Source of the DNA: Lingula anatina
Taxonomy: Eukaryota; Animalia; Brachiopoda
Direction of reading: 5' to 3'
Length of the DNA: 64,000 bases
Assembly (NCBI GenBank): GCA_051362555.1
Contig: CM120640.1
Coordinates: forward strand, 13,950,001-14,014,000
Below the pieces are notes generated by a model. That model had not been told where the DNA came from, ran no database searches, and saw only the letters and a list, made by a program, of their open reading frames with translations. Below are positions 50,122 through 62,560 of this stretch, piece after piece (positions within the stretch are counted from its first letter, which is position 1; every line of letters starts with the position of its first letter). The position numbers were made by a program, and so were the translations under genes.

Positions 50122-53100
50122 ATTTTTTATAAAAAGCTAAGGACAAACAATATTCATGGTATGCATATATGAACACTGCTCAATGGAAACGTGATTGCAG
50201 GAGTTGGTGCACAAGTTCATTGGCATTCCCCGAAAGTAGTGTATGTAAGCCAACTAAAAAAAACCAGCTTTAACTTACAAAAACCAACTTTAAAAAGTAC
50301 CACCAGCATGAGTGCAATGTGCCAGATGACCAAGTATTAACATTAGACAAATTTGGATAAATTACAGTAACGTATGTTATATAGTGACAGTAAGGGGGCA
50401 TTCCCATAGATTTTAGATTGATCTATCCCCATGGGGAGTCTCACTAGATTACTGTCAGTTAATCTGGTTTAATACCCCATTCACACGACAGTTGCAAAAA
50501 TGCGCATTTCTGTAATCCGAATTTTTCGTGAGGAATTCGATTCGGTATTGCGTTCACACACGCTAAGCGAAACAGAATCACACGTTGAAAATTTCAGGTT
50601 TAACTTCCTGTTTTGAACACTCGTGCATGGGCCGCACTGGAAATCTTAAAATACCAACAAAAATTTGTGACGACAAATGCAACTCAAAAGACATTCCAGC
50701 ATTCTTGAGAAGTATAAGATGGCAAAATAAGTTTATGTTTCCTCATGTTGTAGTGAGTGGTGACCTTCAAATATACGTTTGGTGCAATCGCTAATGTAAT
50801 AAACAAGCGTTCATAGATACCCGTACTTATCTGCACACATGCGCAGTAAGGTCTGTACAGGTGTCGATTCCGGTAAGTTATTCGGATCGCGCTTAGAAAT
50901 CCACCTCGCTTGCAGGATTTTGAAAATTCGCATTACAGAAATCCTCTTACGTTCACACTACTGCATTTATTCGAATTGTGACCTAATTCGCAACTTATCC
51001 GGATAACTGAGCGTAGTGTGAATGGGGTATTAATGTCTGTCCCGCCTACTACAAGCTGTAAGGGGGTAATTAACTTTTGTGCCCACTCAGCTGACAGCTA
51101 TTTAGAGTGAACCCCTAGGGAGTTAGGTTGATCTAGTTGGATCGATCTAATCTCTGGGAATGGGGTCTAAGATTTTCATTTGGTAATAAAGAGACCAAGC
51201 AAAGTCTTTTTTTCCCTCAAGTCACTGAATGCAGTTACACTACACCGAAAAAGTGGATATTGTCATTAATACAACTTTACCCTTTACCAACAAAAACAAG
51301 TGTATAGTGATCATCATGGTGTTAGTGGCAGATCTTTTGTATTGCACAATCTTGCTAAGGTTCATTTGGTAATGCAGACACTAATATAGCAAAGTAACAA
51401 CTGTTTTCTGACATTTTTTAAATTTTTTCATTAATACCAATGCAAATTTGTTGAAAAAAAATATTGAATGATAGATTTATACTGGAGACAACAAAATGAT
51501 TACTGCTACTGTGCAAAAGTTTTGATCAGGTACATGTATCTGTGCTGCATTATAGGGGGAAAAGAGAAGAAAGGAAGTGATGTCAGTGTCATGTCACCCA
51601 ATAGAATTGAAGAGCAGACTAAATTTCAGCAGGTGCTCAAAATAGACACAGTTTACCAGTCAAACACATTAAATTATAAAATTTAGTATAGAACGTGTCT
51701 CTGTTGGTAAACTGGGAATGTGTGCAAAAACATTTATTATAAAATTATTGATAAAGCATTTCTGCAATCTGTTGGATAAAATGCAACAGAACATATGAAA
51801 AATGCTTTTAAAACACCCTTAGGGTTTTATAATGTTATACCCCCATTTCAACACAGCAAAGTTTTTCTGGCACAGCCTACATTATGCTGGCATATTTCTT
51901 GGGGCCAGTGCTAATGTGTGCAGACTGCATATATTTATTTAGCTTCAGTTGTCAGTGCACATAGTTAACTTGAATATTGATAAACCTGGTACCATGAAAA
52001 ATACCAGTAGAGTATATGGCTAATATCATTTAAGTGTCTGTTTCAGCTGCGCCTCTGGCTTTAAGTTGGTTGTTCAAAGTCAAAGAGGTCAACTGAAGAC
52101 AGAAAGTGAAGCTTATAATACATTCACATTACACATTTCAGTCATTTCATCAAATAGTGCACATAATGCTTTTAAAGAAACAAACAGTAGACAAACAGAT
52201 ATAAATATAAACCACAGCACAAAAGTTAGGGATACTTGATAGATGGTTTGATAAAATAATGACACACAATTTCTGTTTTCAGAATTGGAACACATTCCTC
52301 AAAAATTTTGCTGAAAATGATTTTTGCATGGATGAAAACTTCACAGTCCCAACAACAGAACCCACACCAGTAGCCAACTCCCTTTCATCACCTAACAATT
52401 CACCAGAAAGGACTAGGTAAGGAAAATATAATGTGTTGGACCCCAGCTATTCCAAGGGTGATAAAACATCTACATGTATAATATGATTGATGTGGCACTG
52501 CTGGCATTGGTGTCTTTTCTGCCTTTTTGAAAAGATGGAGGTGGACTACTACAGACTGAGAGATTATGAGAAATACATTAAGAATTTTGGTAAAGGAGAA
52601 AGAGAACTTTTTCAGGACTTCCTTAAACTTGAAAGTTTTAATGAGCCTTAAATGTCCACGGTCACAAAAATTCATAGCTACTTAGTTGGTGATCTATAAA
52701 GTATTTAAGTAGAACTACAATTGTTTTGATTGCAAGATTTTTCATTGAAGTCTTTACATAACTGTGGCCAATGGTACAATCATTGTTTGTTTGAAATTTG
52801 ACCTGTAAGTTTGCTTGTAAAATTCTATATTCCGTAATTGCAATTTTATGGTTTACTAGTTGGTCCAGCATTCAAAATACCACTCTTATTACTTTTCCAT
52901 TATATGATACTGCCTTCCCCCACTTCCAGGCACCATAAGAAGTTTGCCTTTTAAAATAGAGGTTAACAATATCATTTTAGAAATTATTCTGTGGCCTTAT
53001 GGTTGACTGTGTGGCCCACCATGGACTTCACAAGGTTTCACTACAATCACTCCAGATTACTAGCCACGTTGAGGGGGGAGGATTTGGGATTGAAAGGTAC

Positions 53101-54376
53101 TTGAAGTTAAATTTTTTAAAAATGAAAACATTCATGCTTAATATGTGGATGTAAATTGCATGTATTTTGATTAAACACCAAGTTATTGACAATTATTAAG
53201 TTTACGCCATTATGTTTTTTGTTATAAAAATTAAAAGGGACTGAAAAAATTTGATTTGATGTGTTTGACTGTGAAGATGGCAAGCCTTGCAAATTACCTT
53301 CCAACAATATACAATATTATCTTACTTTTGTCTGTTGTTTTACAAGACAGTTTTGCTAGGCAATAGTCTTCTTTGTCTTATGGTAAACAAACCACAATTT
53401 ATAGTTGCCTTTAATTTTGTAGCAGTTGAAGGTACTTTGATTTTATTTTAGGTCATTTAGTGTCTGAGGAAGTAAATGTGACATTTGAATTACCATTTGA
53501 CTGGAACCTTACTAACTGCCACAGTGCACGGAAGTGCGATTCAGTCAGACTGCGCACTTGTGTGTATTTTCAAGCAACTGCTCAAGTCTTTCCTGGTTAT
53601 AGGTGAGATCTTCAAATAGTTCCTCAGTTTTTGTGCATAGTTGTGAATTAGTTTTGGTTCAGATCATAATATCATATTTTTCCCATTAGTGGAAACCATG
53701 TTATGCTGATTTCTCCAAAGTAAGGCACAGAAAAATGTTATGCAACACCATCAAGACGAAACATCACTGTTAATCGGTTTTCTGTCTAGTTATGTATTAT
53801 AATCATGCCTTTTGTATCCAATACCCAGCTGGTGGTACATACCTTGTAGGTGATATCATCTCTCTGATCTTCAAGGTTTCGAAAGCATTTCACCGGGGAT
53901 GCTCATTAATTTGATGAATGCACATTTGTTCTTCAGGGCACCAGAGACGTGTATTCCTTTAAATGAATCAAGCCAAGGCCCCTATTCTCATATGACAAGT
54001 AGGAAGGACAATACTTTCTTTAGACATTTATGGTGCAGTCAGCATCCCAAAATAGAAGTGCAATATGAATGGGATCCAACTCTCAACATCATGCTGTCCA
54101 TAGTAAGTATGTGTTATTATCCCCACAAAAAACTCATAAAGAAAAGAAAAAAAAATTGTTCAACTTGTCAAAAAAAAAAAAATTAACAGCTCACATTTTA
54201 TTTACTCCATGTTATTTTGTATATTTCAGGGTGATAGATCAGTGATTAACTTGCACCTGATGCACACAAGTTACTTCCTATTTGTCATGGTCATCACAAT
54301 CATGTGTTATGCTATAATTAAAGGGAAACCAAAAAATAAAACTATACAAGTAGTTAATGGAGGGTCAGTTTTGTAG
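49353..54376 (+). CDS. TMEM248: Transmembrane protein 248, ~290 aa
   Basis: Exons 49353-49511, 52283-52416, 52981-53096, 53452-53602, 53937-54102, 54230-54376; phases are consistent. Signature peptides RPPLVVFM, WNTFL, EEVNVTFELP, DRSVINLHLMHTSYFLFVMVITIMCYAIIKGKP. Confidence 0.93.
50082..50118. repeat. (AAT)n microsatellite
   Basis: Perfect trinucleotide run. Confidence 0.95.
50473..51029. mobile_element. Young non-autonomous DNA transposon (557 bp) inserted into an M1 MITE
   Basis: TIRs TACCCCATTCACAC / GTGTGAATGGGGTA flanked on both sides by TTAA (50469-50472, 51030-51033). CpG-rich. Removing it rejoins the halves of the M1 MITE (~50391-51170). Confidence 0.85.
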
Positions 54377-54687
54377 GTGCCAGAGGGTAAGTATAACCAA
54401 ATTAATATAGAGAAAAAAATTGAAAAGTCATTCATAAGTATTTTTTTTTCATAATTCAGTATGCACTGTTGGTAAACATGATTAGCAATCCTACACTGCC
54501 AAGTTTTCTAAAATTGCTCTTCTGAGACAAAATGGCTGCAGTTGTAATAAAACTTAATTTAAAGTGGACATTGGAAACCTGTTTAGTTAATATGTAAAGA
54601 CTGCATACTTGTTGAGTTTTTGTGTCATTATCAGAATAGATAGGAACATCTTACATTACCCTTTGTCATAAAAAAATGATTTGTCGA

Positions 54688-54870
54688 TTCCCATTTAAAT
54701 ATGGACACAGTAGCACATATCTATATAAACAGTTATTTTTAGCTGGATTGTTGAAAATGTGTGTACTATAATAGTACTATAATAGTACACACATTTTCAA
54801 CAATCCAGCTAAAAATAACTGTCTACATACTGTTAGATATGTGCAACTGTGTCCGTATATAAATGGGAAT
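54688..54870. repeat. Long inverted repeat / foldback element
   Basis: Perfect 41-bp arms at 54729-54769 and 54782-54822 around a self-palindromic ATAGTACTAT centre; degenerate outer arms at 54688-54723 and 54834-54870. Confidence 0.9.
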
Positions 54871-56169
54871 AGTTATGTAAAACTTTTGCCACCACATGGT
54901 CTATGTGAGAATCTTAAATTTTATCACTGCTGATCTGGAACATGTAAGAAATATCATGAGGGATACTTGAATTTTATCCATTGCTTTTTTAAATAAAAGT
55001 ATGTCACAATGTTTGTTTTTGCAGGAACTCTATGACATGTATAATAATTAACCATTTATGACCTACTAGAAATTGGCTTTACAAGCAGGGAATGTAATTG
55101 GCCAGGGACAAGCAGAGGAATTGGGTTTGAAGTTTTCTACAGGTCATCACTAGATGGAAGCTTGAAGTTGTGATAGTGGCATAGTTAGATGTTAAAGCAC
55201 AAAGTAAGAGGCCATGAAATAAGAAGTACTTCAACATGGAATCCAGTTAGAGATATATTATAATTGCTTCATAAATAAATGCCAGTGACTGCCAAGCAGA
55301 AATGTGGTGTTTTATTCAATGTACCGGTGTACAAAGTTATAAACATATATGCCATACAGTTGTCTCAATACTGCATAATACTTGATGATTGTACTTACCA
55401 GTTTTTTGTAATGGTATTGCGCAGATCAAGATGTACCCTATACCAGTCTGGATCAAAGGAATATTGTTATCTACCAAAATGCAATGATATGTCTAGAAAA
55501 GTACCACACCACACAACTTCAGTGAATCAGCTGTCACTTCTCTACATGACGCATGAAGCCAGGTGTGGTGTAGAGGCTGACACTTAAGATTGGGTAGTTT
55601 GACACTTTTTTGTTTATGTCATTTTGTTCACGATCCTCAGTTTGTCATGACTTTTTGGAAGGCCTGCATTGCAGTGTTAATTAAATAATTCTCATGAAAT
55701 TTGCAACACTTTATATCTTAAATTAGAATTGTATTTATGATTATATGTGATGTGATATGGTATCAAAATTGCACCTTTGTGTTGGAAAAAGAAGGGAAAC
55801 GTTTGGCAGAATAAATGCATTGTTTGTGGCTATAATTGTATGATAATATACTGCTTATAAGTATAGTACTAGTACAAATCATTGTGGTCATTTAACTATC
55901 ATTCAAATTAGTAACATAATGTTAACATGCATGTACATGTTTTGTGTAAACCATAAATATTTGTCTGTGAAAATCTGTTTTAAAATTGTGATTTAAGTTA
56001 AATTGTTTTGAGCATTTTAATAATTGGTCCCATGTAGTATCGGAGCAGCATTTATATTTCATTTACGGACAAAAATTACATCTCGTGTGTATTTGGTGTA
56101 AAAACATTACATTCAGTAATTATTCATTGTTGCATTTATTAAATTGTATGTCAGTAAGTGTGCTACACA

Positions 56170-59100
56170 TCAAGTCACAGAGGATATATTCTGTGTGTTT
56201 CCAGTCTTTTTGTCTTTTTTGTGCTTATTTTTCTTCTTCTTTGTTTTTTTAGATGCATTCTCAGTTTTATTTTGCATCTCATTTGATTGGATATAATCAC
56301 ACTTTTGACTAGCTATATCTGCAGTGTTCTTTATATTACCATTATTCAGTACTGTCTCAGCAGAAACTGCAACTTCAAGAAACTTTGACAAGTCCTCAGA
56401 GCTGTAATAGAATGAAGTCAGACAAATTTATTCGTGTAAAACTTGGACAGATGATTGTCAGTGTTAAATGTAAAGGTAATCTGGTTTCAGAGTTACAAAC
56501 TGAGGTCTTTTCATGCATAATATAATTGTATACAAATCCATTTTATGCTTTGAAAGTAATACAAAAATTAATACTATACCTGTCACTACTAGTGGACATT
56601 TTTCGTTTCTTTTTGCACATATTTGTTTTTACCTCATCATGGCTGTGCGACGTGGAAAACAATTTAAAATCTAAAGAGATGGAAAAAAAATAAACATTTT
56701 TTGTCATTATAAAAGTCAATGATTATATGAAAACCAGCTACATACAGCATATGTCCTATTGTTTTATCATACAGAGAACATTTAGCACTCACTTCACAGG
56801 TTCAAATTAAGATCCAAACATACCACTATCATCAGATGATTTGCTTTGTTCACTGGTTTGCACAAGGGTTTGAGTCTCTTCAATTGAACTGCAAAATTAA
56901 AATTTAATCGCTTGGTGTTCATAAACTGAATTGATTATAAAACATAAAAAGTAATAAATACATACAGTAATTTTGTTTTGAATAAATTTGAACAAATGTT
57001 GACTAAACTTCAGTATGTTTCAACTTTGATATTAGTGCGTTTTTCAGTGTCACTTACCAGCTCTGACACTGAAAAATGCAGAAAATATCGAGTAACTGAT
57101 ATGAAGTTGGTCAGCAACCCAGTGGATTTCATCAAACAAATGATTATAGCATTCCTTTCTAAACAATATTCAAAGCCAAGTACCATGTGACTAAGGCCCA
57201 TGGGAATTCCCCTAATGAACATGCAAACTGCTGTGAAAAAAATGAGGGAAAAAGGAGTACAATATAAAATTTATGTAAAACAAGATTTCCATCGGAGCAA
57301 CAACTGCTTCATGGATATGGCTTCAAGCAGGAAAATGCTACCTTCATCTGACAAGTGAACAGCCATACACACTTATGGATTGGTAAGCTTGCCACACAAA
57401 AAACTATAATACAAACATCTGCTTTGACAGGTCCAATGAGATTCCTGTGATTCAGTGTTTCACCTAGGGCTAAGTAAGAATTAGAATAGTGGTATTTTTA
57501 TATACACATTTGCAGGTTTCTCTCTTTTTTTTTCAAATGTAGTTTGCTCTCAGAAAAAAAGGTGCATACAAAACTAAATTGAGCATGTAATATAAATAGC
57601 ACTATATATTCTCAACAGTTATTTTCATTATTCTAATTTAACTTAATTGTTTATTCATTTGGGCAAACATTACCTAAAATTAGATACTCCATGACACCCA
57701 GTCATGTTGGTTCCATAAGTAAAATCCCCAAAAATGTCTTTTTCCAATGTTTCAAACAATTATTCTTACTCGTCCATTTAACTTCATCATAACCCAAAAT
57801 GTACAAAGCCATTACAAACTCTTTCAAACACAAACTTACTCGTCAAGAACTTTTGACAGCTTCCCTGCTAGAAATGTTTTAAATTCTGGAGTTATTTCCA
57901 ATCCCTGCACATCTGCACTTTCAACCCTATAAAACATTTAATCTCATATGAAATCCAACACTGACAAATCTCATGATAAATCAATATATATATAAACTTA
58001 ATTTTCATAACAAAGATGCTGTTAACCCTATATCAATTCCTAAAGTTGTCACAAAAGCCTTACACTTTTTCCATTTTTGTTCTTGTAAAGGGTCCAGCTT
58101 GAAGTATTACATTTAGCTTTGTAATGCAAAATGTGATACAAGCCAATTACTGTTTTAATTCACTCAGAGCTGAAAATACAGTGTATTTACCCTCTGATAT
58201 CACAGGGGCCTCTAGAATAAACCTGTAACAAAACTGAAATAGGGGCCCCTGTGAAATCTGAGGTTATCAATGTCTCCTGGTATAGTATGTATCTTCCGCA
58301 CCCCTACCCACCAGTTAAATTGTGGCACAGCACCAGTGGTGGGTATAATTGTGAGGTTGAGCACCAGAAAATGTTTTTGGTCCATGCTTGACTTAATCTT
58401 TACAGCTATAAATTCATTATGTAACACAAACAGGGATATGTGCTAGTCAGCAACAGGTATGAAATAATTTTCACATCTGTATAATAATTCCCCTTGTGAA
58501 CCACTAAATGCCCATGTAACGTGTAACCAACAGAACTGTTCAGACAAAGTGGGAAAACAGGACTTCTGTTTCACAAATAAAATTTGTTTGAGAGGAATGG
58601 TGAACAAAAAAAAAATGGTAGCATTTGAGATTGATGGTCAAATGCACCTTATCCAGCTAAGACCAGTTGCAGATTTTACTATCGAAGAAGTGGTTTTTGG
58701 CTTCAAATAGTCATTTTGTGAAATGGGCCCAAGAGGAGGCTTATATCCATAGCCAGAAAGACAACTCAACACCGGTGCTTTTCTCCATTTGTGGAGGAGT
58801 GTGGGTGTTCGTTTATAGAAAGCCAGATCTCATTCTGTTGACCTACACGCTATCTAGTCTCTTCCCACCTTGCTTTACTGTGTGATCTGCAAGCAGAAAA
58901 GATAAAATAACTCGCATAAGAATGAAATATTTTAACTAAACATCCAAGGATGGCACATAAACAGACATTACACCAAACAAGTAACATAAAAGTTATATTA
59001 ATAAAAGAGTTGGTAACGTGATACATGACTTTGTTCGTTCGAGCCTATAAACGCCATTGGTGCTGATTTGTAAATCATTTTTACCATATAATTTTTTTGC

Positions 59101-59218
59101 TGAAAAAATATATATTGTTGAACTCACGATTGGATTTAACTACAGGGCGTATATCTACAACAGCGTCCTGTAAGCGACGCCTTTCATCTTCATCCGATTC
59201 CGTACTGGTGGTCGACAT
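56170..59218 (-). CDS. CUSTOS: Protein CUSTOS (C12orf43 homolog), ~205 aa
   Basis: Exons (minus strand): 59218-59128, [58886-58869, 58097-58064 tentative], 57926-57840, 56888-56824, 56670-56580, 56401-56170. Motifs SDEDERRRLQDAVV, LEITPEFKTFLAGKLSKVLD, DFKLFSTS, KKKRKMSTSSDSSED..EVAVSAETVL and a Lys-rich tail follow the CUSTOS motif order (TPEF..KL..LD, GFRLF.TS, EAAVS). Confidence 0.82.
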
Positions 59219-59698
59219 TTTGTTTACCTTCAGAACGAGGTAAGGGACTTTCCCGCGAAATCTCTTCCGAGTTCATACGCCACCAATATAGTACATTATC
59301 ATCTGCAAGTTTTCAGTTTTGTCTGACGTGTTTGGGTTTGTTATAGTTCCTGACAAGACGGAACATTACTAGCGGTATCTTCATACCTCTAACAGTACTT
59401 TTTTGATTGCTTCATTACTGTTTAGTGATCGAAGTCACATGGCAGTTATAAAGTAGTACCTTTGTCGAGTAAAGACGAATACTTATTGTTAACGGCAGGA
59501 GAATATAACTGTTCTGTTTAGTGGAAAGATGAAGCTTTATATCTTGATATGGATACATTAGGATGACATCAACCAGTCTGTTTGCTGGCAAGAGCAGATA
59601 GGAGATCATTGCTGTATGAATTAGATTTCACTGATGAACAGCTTTCGACACGACCCGGCTGAACGTGATCGACCTCGGGAAGACGCAATATTAGCATC
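59219..59698. promoter_or_regulatory. Bidirectional promoter CUSTOS / MORC2
   Basis: 480 bp between two divergent ATGs; locally CpG-rich. E2F-like TTTCCCGCG at ~59249, CCAAT at ~59283 and TGACGT at ~59324. Confidence 0.6.
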
Positions 59699-59760
59699 AT
59701 GGCCAACTACAGTGGCCTAAGCAGGGCTCAATTGAGCTATGAATATCTGCACACAAATTC
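59699..59760 (+). CDS. MORC2: MORC family GHKL ATPase (MORC2-like), first coding exon; remainder not found in the window
   Basis: atcATGG start; encodes MANYSGLSRAQLSYEYLHTNS, then a gtaagt donor. This matches the MORC2 N-terminus (NYSSLNRAQLTFEYLHTNS). The expected next exon (TTHEFLFGALAELVDN) was not found before 64000. Confidence 0.88.
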
Positions 59761-61695
59761 GTAAGTGGGAATGGGAAATACTAAAATCTAGAAGAATCTT
59801 CAAATGGCAGTACCAATGCAAGCTCTCAAGTATTCCTGAATGGGCATACGTGCTACCAAGAATCTGTGGTAGAATATTCTGCACACGATGTAATATTTGC
59901 AACGCTATCTTAAGATTAAAGGAGGTGGGGCAGGTGCAGTTTTAAGCTGATACTACGAGGTCACAGTTAGGACATCGTTGTTATCGTAATCAATTAACAA
60001 TGTCATGTTTGACCCCAAAAAGTTTATTACAGCACATGAGCACTATTTATATCCTCCATATCTTTTGCAAAAAAATTCCCCTGATAAAATTGGGTGGGAT
60101 AGATATTGTTGATGACAAGCCATTTAAACTTTTCAAGTCAGAATTTTGAAGACATTCTTTTGGCATGAATCACCTTTTTGTTGAGTTTATCTGAGGGCAA
60201 TTAAATTTAACTTTTAAAACATACAGACAGATAAATGGCCTAATCAGTGTTGCAGAAAATAATCATATTCTCCATCCCTTGCCAAACCTCGGTAGTCGGC
60301 CATCTTGACACAGTTAGAAAAAAACATGGGTTCATTGGCAGCATGTACTAGATTTTAACCAGGTCAAAGCATGAGAGTCTCACAGTATCTGGAATTCAAG
60401 TGATGGAATGAATGATGTATCAAAACCTTTGCTTAATTGTGGGTTTTGTTCTTTTGCTTTTTCCAAAATTGTTACAGAGTTATCGCGAGTGTCAGAATAG
60501 GAAGATTAAAGGTTGGTAAGTCGAGGGGCAAATGACGTTAAGCCCAGGAAAATTAGTTAAATATGAGTTTTTTTATGTATAGGATATCTCTAAATTTGGT
60601 CCATTTTTCCGCCAATGTAAGCCAAGCTTACATGTGACCAACTCTGCATAAAAACACTTATTGACCACTTTTGAGTTTGCATCTAAAAAGAGTTATGATT
60701 GTACAATTTTATAAACTCCCAGGAAAATATTAGTTTTTATTCGCACTGATGGCAAATTGACCCTTTAAATTCACCATGCTCTTTCTTACAAATAGCTGTG
60801 ATGTTACAGAACACAGCAAGTTATTCCTTAGTGAAAAGTTGACTATAAAATAATTTTTTTTATTGAAGAAATTGCTTTATTAAATTTGAAATGGCCAGAT
60901 GTTCTTATTATCAAGTTGGCTACCTACTGAAACATATCCTGAGCTTCAGATTCTCACAGACAATCTTTGTAACTGCAAGAGAACAACAGAGAGCACAAAC
61001 CTCTCACAAACTGTATTTCACCTCAAATAATTCTTTACTCAAGCTTTTTGATATATATTCCTATTAAAGAATCAGTTTAAGAACAGAGAAGATATGCAGT
61101 CCATTAAAATGCATCATGTATGTTAAAAGGACAAATGCAATCTTGGACATTTTTGGACCAAATTAGTCAAACAGCTGGGGGAGAGTAGGATAAAAGTTTT
61201 CTGGACAGGAATACTAATTGGTGCAATGCTTCTCAGAATATTGTTCTTGGTTTCGAATTAATGGATTAAGTACATATTTAAATCCCTTATTTATTGCAAT
61301 AAAATTTGTAACAGGTTGGTCTTCTATAAATTATGGGGATGGATTTGACACGATGCAAGATTCATGTGACTCGAATAACAAAATGATATGTGAATTAGTT
61401 AAGAGATAAAGGCGAAATGGAAAAGATGTCTGATGAGGGCAGGAGATGAAAGTCTCCCTTCACTAGAGGGAACCACCTGAACAGGGTCACTTAACTATAA
61501 GGAGTTCCAGTATCTACTAACCTAAGAATAAAATAAAAACTGGCAAAAGGAATTAACAGGAACCTGAAAAAATGTCCGAAATGAAGAGGCAAAAGAGAAA
61601 AAGGTATAGGCCCACACAATGACTAAAGACAATATTCCTAAGAAGTTACATATTTACTCCCTGTGGTCCTCATATAGCAACAAACTGGTAAGTAC

Positions 61696-61946
61696 TACAC
61701 CAATAGTGACTTAAGAGGGCTGGCAAGAAGATTCCCCCTGCTGCACCAGGAACCTGGAAACTATTTTTGATATGGTTGATGAATGCCTTGCAATAGTTGC
61801 TAATGCTCATTAAAACCTCAATTACACCAATAGTGACTGAAGAGGGCTGGCAAGAAGATTCCCCCTGCTGCAGTAGGAACCTGGAAACTATTTTTGATAT
61901 GGTTGACGAATGCCTTGCAATTGCTAATGCTCATTCAAACCACAAT
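61696..61946 (+). repeat. Direct tandem duplication of ~127 bp
   Basis: tacaccaatagtgact.aagagggctggcaagaagattccccctgctgca...gctaatgctcatt starts at 61696 and again at 61823, with few differences. Confidence 0.9.
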
Positions 61947-62229
61947 TTCCTATTCCTGCCGAGACTCCTCTTGGACTTCTCGCCTGACAAGATCACACTG
62001 GTTTTTTAATTTTAAAAAACATCTAGGCAAGGTGTGGTAAGGCTTTCTTGTATCTCAAAGGAGAACACAGCAAGTGGACCTACTTTGTGTTTAGTTTTGA
62101 CTATTTTTGAAGGTTCAACAGCATGAATACAATACATACACAAATAAAAGAAGAAGAACACCAAGTTCAGGGCTGCCTTTAGAGCTTGGCATCTTGATGA
62201 CTTCTAAATTTGACATTGAAGGTCAGATT

Positions 62230-62560
62230 AAATATACATGTGATGCCCGTTTGAAAATTGAGGCGTGTGATCTGAAGCTCAAGATGACTGAAGAAAGCCT
62301 TTTGAAAATGTTCCAACACAAATTCATTTGTAAATTTAGAGTGCATCCAAAGACCATGCTTACTGTTGTATTTGGCAGATTGGGAAGTCTTCATTAAATA
62401 TTGAAATATGAGAAGAACAAAACCTGGATCTTATGAAATATAAATTAATCAACTTTTATCTATGACTGAGCTTGACCAGAAGAAAAGTAAGGTTTTGTCA
62501 AGAATGATACAACATTATTTCAAGATGCCTAGATTGATGTATTGGGGTGGAGGATTGAAG
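62230..62560 (+). mobile_element. Decayed LINE ORF2 C-terminal remnant
   Basis: KMFQHKFICKFRVHPKTMLTVVFGRLGSL resembles the post-RT 'KFCK.ILGV...T....V.GELG..P' segment of non-LTR retrotransposons; interrupted by stops. Confidence 0.4.

Noticed and set aside
59631-59680. CTGATGA...GAAC hammerhead-like string
   Set aside because: Lacks GAAA and closing stems; lies in the MORC2 5' UTR/promoter.
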